In this document: piece after piece, positions 53,391-64,000 of the stretch
How the letters are laid out: each line of letters begins with the position of its first letter
Position numbering within the stretch: position 1 is the first letter of the stretch
Source of the DNA: Octopus vulgaris
Lineage: Eukaryota
Direction: 5' to 3'
Assembly (NCBI GenBank): GCA_951406725.2
Contig: OX597834.1
Location: 5,642,001-5,706,000, forward strand
DNA length: 64,000 nt
Notes under the pieces: model-generated
Database searches by the model: none
What the model saw: the letters and a program-made list of their open reading frames with translations, nothing else
What the model was told of the DNA's origin: nothing
Program-made: the position numbers and the translations under genes

Positions 53391-54263
53391 ACTTAGGAGA
53401 AAGAAGAATTGACAGCTTCTCTTTCCATAGAGTAATAGGAATCACAGTCACTCGGCAAAGCACAGACACTTGATTCTCTTACAATAGTCAATTGGCTTCT
53501 CTCTGTCTTTCCTCTTTCAAAACTGATGATTATAATGTCTAATATCATTTCAATCTTTGTCGTTAATTCATTCATATTTTTCTTTTTTATTGGTATTGTT
53601 GCTTACATTGAACATTTAACTGTGATTCACCTAAATATTGGCTTTATTGAACAATTTCTGTAATATGTGGTTTTCTGACTAGAAAGAGGAAATTATACAA
53701 AAAAATTATGAGTTGTTGATTTTTTTTTTTTTTTTTTTTTTTGCTATCTGATTATTTTAAGATTGATTGGGTAAATATTGGTTTACATACATGACAATCA
53801 AACACGATAAGTGAGCCGTGATTAAAATCAGAATTCGAAAAGAAATTGTTATACTTACAGAAAATATGAGAATCAAAAGAAACACTTATGAATACCTTTA
53901 GCCTACTTTATTAATTCTGCTCGGAAATCAGACATTTATGTTGAATTTTTTTCCCCATTTCTGTGACTAGGTTAAGGAAGATCATTTTGTGATAATCGTC
54001 CATACAGCCACAGATACACAAACACAGTTATACATGTATGTATGTATGTATTTTATATACACATTTCCTTATTCCAGCTACAATGACTTTGCTGTTGTGT
54101 AATGTCAGTTACTATAGAAACAAAACTGTCATATGATTCTGTTACCGTTAAATACTTAGCACAATGGAAACAGTCTGAGACACTTGGTGATGGTCTTTCT
54201 TCATCAAAATGCTATGAAATGTAATTTGGGAGTCTGGTTAAGTTTGTATGCTGTGGGGAGAAA

Positions 54264-54895
54264 CATCATCATCATCATCATCATCGTTTAGCATCCACTT
54301 TCCATGCTGGCATGGGTTGGACGGTTCAACTGGGGTCTGGGAAGCAAGAAGGCTGCACCAGGCTCCAGTCTGATCTGGCAATGTTTCTATGGCTGGATAC
54401 CCTTCCTAACGCCAACCACTCCATGAGTGTAGTGGGTGCTTTTTACGTGCCACGGCGCAGGTGCCAGACGAGGCTGGCAAACGGCTACGATCGGATGGTG
54501 CTTTTTACGTGCCAGATGAGGCTGGCAAACAGCCACGGTTGGATGGTGCTTTTTTACATGCCACCGGCACGGAGGCCAGGCGAGGCTGGCAAACGGCCAT
54601 GATCGGATGGTGCTTTTTACGTGTCACTGGTACGGAAGCCAGTTGGGGCGGCGCTGGCAACGGCCACTTTCGGATGGTTCTCTGATGTGCCACCGGCACT
54701 GGTATCACAGCTACAATTTCCATTGATGTTCATCGATTTTGATTTTGATTTCACTTGCCTCAACAGGTCTTCACAAGTAGAGTTTTGTGTCCCAAGAAGG
54801 AAAGGTATGCATAAGTGGACTGAGGCCATGGGTTATACTCTCACTTCTCCTGCCGGGTCTTTTCACACACAGCATACTTCCAAAGGTTTCGGACA
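54264..54895 (-). mobile_element. RTE LINE 3' end with ~45-50-bp tandem units
   Basis: Minus strand RNLWKYAVCEKTRQ ORF end, UTR units ggcacgtaaaaagcaccatccgatc, (GAT)n tail. Confidence 0.82.
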
Positions 54896-55217
54896 GAATC
54901 CAATTTATTCAGGATTCAGTCCCCATGCCATTTGTCCTCTATAAAATTTGTGTTTGATACACAATATTAAGGCAGAACTATTTCACCTCAACTGACCCCG
55001 CTCTCTTTAACATCATGCCAAGACACATAAGGGAAGCGAAAGACCTCATAACATTCAAAAGGTTCCAACAATGTTGGTGCCACACAGGTACAGCTTCTTG
55101 TGCCTTTCAGGTTCTGGGGCACCTTGGGCAGATGTCTTTTACTATAGGCCCAGGCCAACTACTGTCTTATGAGTGAATTTGGTAGACAGAATTTGTGTGG
55201 AAGCCCATCATATAAAG

Positions 55218-55264
<47 letters not shown>

Positions 55265-55265
<1 letters not shown>

Positions 55266-55655
55266 TTCTACTTGTTTCAGTTATTTGACTGCGGCCATGC
55301 TGGAGCACTGCCTTTAGTCGAGCAAATCGACCCCAGGACTTATTCTTTGTAAGCCCAGTACTTATTCTATTGGTCCCTTTTGCCGAACCACTAAGTTACC
55401 GGGACGTGAACACACCAGCATCGGTTGTCAAGCGATTTTGGGGGGACAAACACAGACACATAAACACACACACACATATATATACATATATACGACAGGC
55501 TTCTTTCAGTTTACGTCTACCAAATCCAATCACAAGGCTTTGGTCGGCCCGAGGCTATAGTAGAAGACACTTGCCCAAAGTGCAACACAGTGGGATTGAA
55601 CCCGGAACCATGTGGTTGGTAAGCAAGCTACTTACCACACAGCCACTCCTTGCGC
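55265..55655 (-). mobile_element. SINE A
   Basis: Family match. Confidence 0.9.
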
Positions 55656-56764
55656 TATATATATAGTAGAAATATGTTACAAAAAGAAAGTATAAAATAC
55701 ACGTGGAAATGTAAGGATACCAATAATAATAAAGGGTAAAATTAATTAATTAATCAATTAGTAATTAATAATTCCACCAAGTAGTATTCGGCATGTTAAA
55801 AGGACCATTTTCGGTAAACTTAAACATTATTTTTTATAATTATGAATATAATTATAATTAGGGTTCACCATCACCACTACCATCATCATCACTACCACAA
55901 CAACCACCACCATATATACCACCACTACCAGTACCACAACCATCTTCACCATCGCATGCATCATTGTTTTACATCTGCTTTCTATGCTGGCATTGGTTGG
56001 ATGTGCTGTCCTGGTCAGAGTCAGCACTTATTCAGAAGGAACTGCTGAAGGACTGCATGTCATTCATGCCTCCCACATGTGTGTGTCTATGTAGATATGT
56101 TTATACATATATATATACGTGTGTGTGTGTGTGTGTATCCACACATGTTTATCTATACGTACCAACATATACACAATACAAATGTGTTTGTGTGTCTGTA
56201 TGTGAACTTTTCTGTCTTATGTATATTACATTTTTCAAAGTTGTTGCCTTGTTTAGTCAAGTCTAAAATGGCTTTTATGTCCATTCAAGAATGCTATTGT
56301 GCTTTCATTAGCCATCCAACTAGTTAAGGGATTACCATTATTTAGATATGCAAGGTCAGACTCGATACTTGTCAAGAGGAAATTAATACGATGAGTAAGA
56401 GAGGAAGTTGAAATGAAATGTGCTTTGGTTATCAATGAATTCAGGATCTAGAAAGTTCCATGAAATATATACACTGTCGATTAGCTGATTAAGCCCAAAT
56501 TTGCTTTCAATTCCACTCAGGTGATTGCACAAATCTTGACAGGATTTTAAAATGTATTTGAGAAAATTTCAGTTTGCCATTGACATGTCTGCTACACCTC
56601 AGGAATACTGACCGTTTGTGCTGCCATTCAGTAGTTCTTCTCTACAGGGTGTTTGCAATAGAAACACCGTTTTGTAATTAAACTCTGTATGAGTTTCTGT
56701 GTCTATTGATTGATGCTAGATAATTATGAACAAAGTATAAACAACTAAACATACACGCTTTCGT

Positions 56765-56818
56765 ATAAATACACACATACACATACACGCATGCATATCT
56801 ATGTATGAGTATGTATGT

Positions 56819-56850
<32 letters not shown>

Positions 56851-57163
56851 TACACACATACATGCACACACACACATATATATACACACACACACACAAA
56901 CACACACGCATACATACACACACATGCATATCTATGTATGTGTATGTATATTATATATATACACACACACATGCACACACACATACATACACACACACAT
57001 GCTTATCTATGTATGTGTATGTATATATATATTATATATATATATATACACACACACACATATATATATATACACACACACAAACACACATACATACACA
57101 CACATGCATATCTATGTATGTGTATGTATATATATTATATATGTATACACACACACAGACATG

Positions 57164-57218
<55 letters not shown>

Positions 57219-57222
57219 ACAC
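56765..57222. repeat. Compound (TA)/(CA) microsatellite with higher-order repetition
   Basis: Recurrent catgc(a/t)tatctatgtatg block at about 56790, 56923, 56998 and 57103. Confidence 0.9.
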
Positions 57223-57944
57223 AGTGGCAATATAGTAAAATGTCGAATGAAAAATAGGTTTCTGAAAGCTGTGAGTTCCTGTTAAATTGAAATCCTTTCG
57301 ACTTTATCAAGTTCTCTCTAATAAAGTTATAAATGTAGGTACAGGCAAAGCTGTGTGCTAAGAAATTTGCTTCCCAACCACATGATTTTGGGTTCAGTCC
57401 CACTGCATGGCACCTTGGGCAAGTGTCTTCTGCTATAGTCCTAGGTTGACCAAAGCCTTGTGGGTGGATTTGGTGGAGGGAAACACTAAATTCCAAACTT
57501 TGAAGCGAAATGCAACAAAGGAACCAATGGTAAATTCACACGGGACAGAACCTTGCTAATTGCTCATGAGTTATCCTTCAAAAGATCCTAATAATAATAG
57601 GGTTCACTTTTGGTGACATCAGCAGTGAGAAACTGCTGGGAATAGCTAACAAACAGGGGACTGTGATAAAAGCAAACACAGCAATATGTGAAATAAAAAC
57701 AAAATAAAATAAACATATTTTATACAAACAATATATGTGTGTGTATATATATATATATATATATACATATATATAATATATACGTTTTATTTATCATTTT
57801 GCACATTACTTAATCATCGGTATATTATTTTTTATCTTATATTCAATATTTCTATTATATGTAATTTTCTAGATGGTGTAATTTAATTTATCATTTTGAA
57901 TTGATAAAACGTGTTTTTTCTAATATATATATATATTATATTAT

Positions 57945-58014
<70 letters not shown>

Positions 58015-58022
58015 ATGTATGT

Positions 58023-58070
<48 letters not shown>

Positions 58071-58599
58071 GCACACACATATATATATATATACAGATAT
58101 ATACATATATATGTGCACACACATGTTTTAGCATTTTAAAACAGCTCAGCATGCTAAAACAGGTCACTTCATCTCAAATTCTTTGTAAACTCTTAAATAT
58201 ATTTCCTTCTGTGTGTATATATATATATATGTACTACCAAATATGACATTTTTTGCACTCCTAATACTGTTCTATGTATGTATATAGATACTTCCAAACA
58301 AACATGAGTTTTAATGAACTAATATATTTTATTGAACTTTTTGTCTGATATTTTGTCAGGTATTTCCTAGTAAACTGTTTTTAACATTTTCTTATTATTA
58401 TCAAAGAATGTATTTTAATACTTTTGTGACAACCAGTACTCAACACAACAAAGCTTATACAAAGCTCTTACATTTTACTTTTGACTACCTTTTTCTAAAA
58501 AGTGAAACCAGTCAAGTGAATAAACATCTTTAAAATGGCATTTCCAAACCTTCTTTCATATATATTTCCACTCATGCGGTACCTTACAACTTCACTTTG

Positions 58600-58639
<40 letters not shown>

Positions 58640-58643
<4 letters not shown>

Positions 58644-59050
58644 ACTGGAGTGGCTGTGTGGTAAAGTAGCTTGCTTACCAACCACATGGTTCTGGGTTCA
58701 GTCCCACTGCGTGGCACCTTGGGCAAGTGTCTTCTACTATAGCCTCGGGTCCACCAAAGCCTTGTGAGTAGATTTGGTAGACGGAAACTGAAAGAAGCCC
58801 GTCGTATATATGTATATATATATATATCTATATGTGTGTGTATGTATGTTTGTGTGTCTGGATCTGTCCCTACAAAATCGCTTGACAATCGATGCTGGTG
58901 TGTTTACGTCCCCGTAACTTAATGGTTCGGCAAAAGAGACTGATAGAATAAGTACTTGGCTTACAAAGAATAAGTCCTGGGGTCGATTTGCTTGACTAAA
59001 GGCGGTGCCCCAGCATGGCCTCAGTCAAATGACTGAACCAAGTAAAAGAC
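58640..59050 (+). mobile_element. SINE A
   Basis: Family match. Confidence 0.9.
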
Positions 59051-59390
59051 AAAGAGATATATATATACATGTCAGCTTGGGCATAGTTTTTGTGGCTGGA
59101 TGCTCTTCCTAATGCCAAAGACTTTACAGTGTGTGCTGGGTGCTTTCCTTTGCATTGTCATATCACCAGCACAACAAGACAGTAAAATACCCAGTCATCC
59201 ACTCTCTTCGTGAAGATGTCGATGCTATTCACCTAAAATCTGTTAAAATAAAAAAAGAATAATAATAAACCGTTGCAAAGAGAGAAACAAAACTTTTGAA
59301 GGATGAAATGTTTCATTGCTCAGAATTAAGATATTGATGTGGAAAGTAAAAAGGTGTAATTACTTCTAAACCCATAGAGAAATAAGACAT

Positions 59391-59905
59391 TGGTGCAGGT
59401 GTGGCTGTGTGGTAAGTGGCTTGCTTCCCAACCACATAGTTCTGGGTTCATTACCTCGGCATGGCACCTTGGGCAAGTGTCTTCTATTATTTGCTTTGTG
59501 AGTGTATTTGGTAGATGGAAACTGAAAGAAGCCTGTCATAAATGCACTCATGCCAGTGACATGTAAAAAGCACTCAGCACACTCTGTAAAGTGGTTGGTG
59601 TAAGGAAGGGCATCCAACTATAGAAAGCATGCCAAAGCAGACAAGGGGTGTCTGGTGCCGGTCTCTGGCTGACCAGTTCCTGTCAAACCACCCAACCCCT
59701 GCCAGCATAGAAAGCAGACATTAACTGCTGATGATAATGATGATGCATGTGCATATATATATATATATATATATGTGTAGGTGCTTGGCCTGCTCCCTTA
59801 GCCAGCGGGGTGGTGTCGTTTGAAAGCTAAAACAATGCAAAGCACATTGTGACCAGCGATGTGTAGCAACATCTGATAGCCTGGTTGGTCACGTAATCAC
59901 GTGAT
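59391..59905 (+). mobile_element. Old SINE A head, RTE-type tail (59550-59745) and tail type 3 fragment (59787-59905)
   Basis: Matches to other copies in the window. Confidence 0.75.
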
Positions 59906-59910
59906 ATATA

Positions 59911-60233
59911 GGTACTACTAGCGAACAGTGGTCCTGGTGCATGCACTCGTGCATCCGTGCTAGCTAGTTGTAAGTAGTTGATCCTATGACTTTTTAACCC
60001 TATACCTAAACCTAACCTTAGTTTGTTTATAAAAATAATTTATTTACTTAGTTTAAAAAATTATTTACTTTGCGTTTTATTTACTTTGTTCGAAAAATAT
60101 TTAATTTCCTTTGATATGTATTCAGCCTTGAAATACAAACATATGTGCAAGTCGTTTTAGGATTGACTACTTACGACTAGCTGGCGCAGATGCGCGAGTG
60201 CGTGCACCGGGACCACTGTGTGCTAGTCGTACC
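59911..60233. mobile_element. MITE with ~75-bp TIRs (GGTAC...GTACC), possibly Merlin-like
   Basis: ggtactactagcgaacagtggtcc... / ...ggaccactgtgtgctagtcgtacc; no TSD seen. Confidence 0.78.
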
Positions 60234-60883
60234 AAGAGTCCAATAGTATTAGTGCTAGGCTTAAAGAAATAAGTCCTGGAGTCAATTTGTTCAACTAAAA
60301 CCCCTTCAAGGCAGTTCCCCAGCATTACTACAATCAAATAACTGAAGTAATTACAAGTAAAAAAAAAAAAAAGACAGATTGACCAGATAAGAGATTTTTG
60401 ATCAGAATCTAATTCTGGTAATGGAAAATCTAAGGAGGTTGAGCAGAATCTTTGTAATGATGGTATATTTACAGAGATATAATATATGCATATATAATAA
60501 GACAAAAAATAATAAAACAGATTTAGAAGCTAATAATATATGCATGGGAAGAGCAATGAGGCTGTTTACAGTGACTCGTATATAGCATAAACATGTATAC
60601 AACTCATACACACAGATGTATAGTGACACTCATATTTATATAGAAACAAATGTAGTTGAAAGCTAGCATACATGAAATCAATTAGCTGAGATATAAGAAT
60701 ATACAATGAGAGAGAGAGAACTGGGCATCAATGGTGTAACGGACTGACTTACATCGCTATTTGCCTTGAAACAAAAGAGCAGATAACAACAACAACAACA
60801 ACTGTATACAGTCACATGAACATAATCGTTTTACACATACATAAATATTAGATGTATTCACATACATATCTAACAAATTGTGG

Positions 60884-60922
<39 letters not shown>

Positions 60923-60980
60923 AGTGTGTGTGCGTGCATATATATGTGTGTGTATGTGTGCGTGTGTATAATATATAAAT

Positions 60981-61290
60981 ATCATCATCATCATTGTCAT
61001 CATCGTTTAACGTCCGCTTTCCATGCTGGCATGGGTTGGACGATTTGACCGAGGTCTGGCGAAACAGATGGCAGCACCAGGCTCCAATCTGATCTGGCAG
61101 AGTTTCTACAGCTGGATGCCCTTCCTAACACCAAATACTCTGAGAGTGTAGTGTGTGCTTTTATGTTCCACCGGCACAAGGGCCAGTCCTGCTGTACTGA
61201 CAGCAGCCATGCTCAAATGGTGTTTTTTTATGTACCACCTGCGCATGGGCCAGTCCAGTGGCACTGGCAACAACCTCGCTTGAATGTTTT
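60981..61290 (-). mobile_element. RTE-type 3' UTR fragment
   Basis: Reverse complement of 49500-49735. Confidence 0.8.
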
Positions 61291-61583
61291 TAGGCTGATA
61301 TTTAGAGGATGGGGTTAGCCAAATATATCGACCCTAGCACTAGAGTAGAACTTTATTTTATCAACCTTAGCAGGATTGAGGGCAAAGTCGACCTTAGTAG
61401 GATTTGAGTTAAGAATGTAAAGAACCAGAATTAAATCCCACAAGGCATGAGTAAAGATCTTCTACTACCATGTTTTTACTAATGAAATTCACCCCTCTGT
61501 CTATATATCTACCCTCTTTGTAATGTTGGCAAATTGAATAAGTATAAAAATGAACATTGTCAATTTAATTTTAAAATTCCATA

Positions 61584-61671
61584 TGTGGCTGAAGAGTGCT
61601 CTACATTTTAAAACTGATGTAATACTTACATTGTTTAATTAAATGAAGTAGCATGAAACGATTATACTACA
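61584..61671 (+). ncRNA. Type I hammerhead with extended loop II (element ~61455-61800)
   Basis: TGTGG CTGAAGA GTGCT [49 nt] AGCAT GAAA CGATTA TA CTACA; stem III is a decayed palindrome. Confidence 0.62.
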
Positions 61672-61988
61672 CTACCTTGGTTATCCTTGTTGCTTATTTT
61701 GATTATAATCACCCCATTTGATTTATATGGATAATACCATACCAAATTCTGGTGCCTTTAACTTAAGTACCATATTCATCTGAATCTCAATTTTTGCAGA
61801 ACCTAGAAATATATATATATATGTATGTATGTATGAACATGAATGAATACACACTCATGTGTGAGAGTGTGTGTGTATACAGATATATATATAATATATA
61901 TATATATATATCATCATCATCATCATCATTTAACGTCCATTTTCCATGCTAGCATGTGTTGGACGGGGTTGGACTTCTCTATTCTCAT

Positions 61989-62026
<38 letters not shown>

Positions 62027-62354
62027 ATGAATATAGAGAAGTATATACATACAGATATTTGTGTATATTGGTGTGCATGTATATAGTCATAGATTTTTGA
62101 AGCAATGCCATTAGACCACAACAAAAATATACCAGATAGTTTTAGGTAAAATTGCATATTTTTGGTAAGATTTCTATTATTTCTGAAGATTATTTCCACC
62201 TATTGCATTTGCCTGGAAGAATATTTCTTAAAATATAATAATTTATGAGATTAATTACTTCTTAAACAGTTTATTTATCTTCTTGGTATGTCTTCAGGGT
62301 TTAAGCATTATTTTTAATAACCATATTCCGTCTATAAACGACTTGTGTGAATTT

Positions 62355-62516
62355 ATACACACATACTTATTTACACTTTTTTTTCATGTATGCATGTGTG
62401 TGTGTCTGTATATACATATATAAACACACATACACACATATATGTATGCATGAATGAATATGTGTATGAATATATATGCAAATCTATATGTGTAGGTGTG
62501 TGTGTGTTTGTATGTG

Positions 62517-62572
<56 letters not shown>

Positions 62573-62700
62573 AACACACACATACAAATGCACATATATT
62601 TATAAATATATATATATATGTTTATATATATATATATACCTACAGATATACCTATATGAATATATAGATATATTCATGCATAAATACACATACACACGTG

Positions 62701-62734
<34 letters not shown>

Positions 62735-62810
62735 TGTATGTATGTATGTATGTATGTATGTATGTATGTATGTGTGTGTGTGTGTGTGCATGAGTGTGAG
62801 TATGTATGTC
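62355..62810. repeat. Compound (TA)/(TG)/(TATG)n microsatellite
   Basis: Directly visible. Confidence 0.95.
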
Positions 62811-63494
62811 TAAAACCTTTTGCATTGATGCTTGACATGAATTTAAAATTTGTGCAAAAATACTATTTCTTACCCTATTCCCACCTATTCCCATCCTATT
62901 CTTACCCTGTTCATAACAATCAATATTACACTCAGCAACTATCTAACTCACTTTCTGGGAGTTCTAGTTGTCTAGAAAGTCATGCTTATGCTCTCATATT
63001 TTGTTGCAACATTTTTGATCCACTTAGTAAATACAATGTCCTGACATTAAATTATACGTGGAGATTGATGGAGATTGAATAGTTAGTAGATAAGCAACTG
63101 TCAACGGCTTTATGATGCGTAGGACAATAAAAAAGGCATAAATCTTGAATGGTAGCTTGTATCCCACACGTATTATTCTGCGACCTGTAAGGTCAAGGAT
63201 TATTAAACTGTTGTTGTTTTAGGCACAACAAGGGCTGCAGATTTTCCTCTGGTCTGTAATATTCGGTCTTTTAAGCTTTCTGTCAGTCAGAATTTACAAG
63301 CCCCCTTTTTTACTCCTTCGTAATGCCATACACTACAGTCACCTGAAATCTTGTCTGAGACTAAATCCTTAAAAGGAAATAAATTGACAATGTCATGGGT
63401 GATTAAAATAGAAAACTCCAAGAGAATTCTTCAGACTCTCTGCACTCTGGTTTCAAAATATTTCTGGGGTCAATATTTCCTTTCATCAAGATGG

Positions 63495-63690
63495 TAAGCT
63501 GGTAGAACTGTTATCAATTCTGACAAATTTTGTCTAGTTTTACATTCTGAGTTCAAATTCCACCGAAATCAACTTTGCCTTTCATACTTTCGAGGTCAAT
63601 AAAATAAGTACCAGTCAAGTTCTGGGGTCGATGTGATTGACTTAGGCATTTCCTTGAACTTGCTGGCCTTGTGCCAAAACTTGAAACAAA
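63495..63690 (+). mobile_element. Old SINE B copy (alternative tail)
   Basis: gagttcaaattcc..gcctttcat..ggccttgtgccaaaac. Confidence 0.8.
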
Positions 63691-63843
63691 TATTTCCTTT
63701 CATCCCTGTGAAATTGATAAAGAATACTAACCCAGGGGTTAGACTAGTGAATCTTTCCCAGCATCAGATGAGTTACTTATCAATATCAGGTCTGTATGGT
63801 GGTGACACCTACAATGAAATTGATAATCTGCATCAGACTTACT

Positions 63844-64000
63844 TTTCTCCCTTGGAAAATATTGGTGATATGGTGTAGAAAGACTTGGACATATGGGTGC
63901 CCACTGAACTTTCACCGATGTAGAAACCTTCAGCTCTTTGTAAAATACTGTCCTTAAGGCCAATCCATATCAAGCAAGCCTTCAATTGATTATATCCCAG
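63844..64000 (-). CDS. Possible exon running off the window end (LGYNQLKACLIWIGLKDSILQRAEGFYIG...)
   Basis: 52 open codons ending at a strong donor AA|gtaagt; protein not recognised. Confidence 0.2.

Noticed and set aside
52804-53396. Poly-Asp, poly-Met and poly-Ser ORFs
   Set aside because: Degenerate (GAT)n microsatellite with no gene context

Overview
This is AT-rich, repeat-dense animal DNA. The SINE families and RTE tails look like those of Octopus (recognised from memory, not database-checked). No protein-coding gene can be identified with confidence, and nearly all ORFs in the supplied track are microsatellite or SINE translations. There are a few candidate exons; the best is a minus-strand acidic exon at about 24.2-24.9 kb that runs into a 24-bp repeat. 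The window holds three or four tRNA-derived SINE families, RTE LINE 3' ends, hAT, Merlin-like, pogo-like and piggyBac-like MITEs, two Helitron-like elements and long (TA)n/(ATC)n tracts. Two signals stand out. (1) At least six distinct small element types sit in or beside TA-rich or (TA)n sequence and carry type I hammerhead-ribozyme motifs. They are often in inverted pairs, and unusual variants occur (49-nt loop II, A6>U core). They are probably Penelope-type or retrozyme-like. (2) One SINE family repeatedly forms head+(body)n concatemers joined at one fixed hairpin junction, which suggests structure-guided template jumping during reverse transcription.
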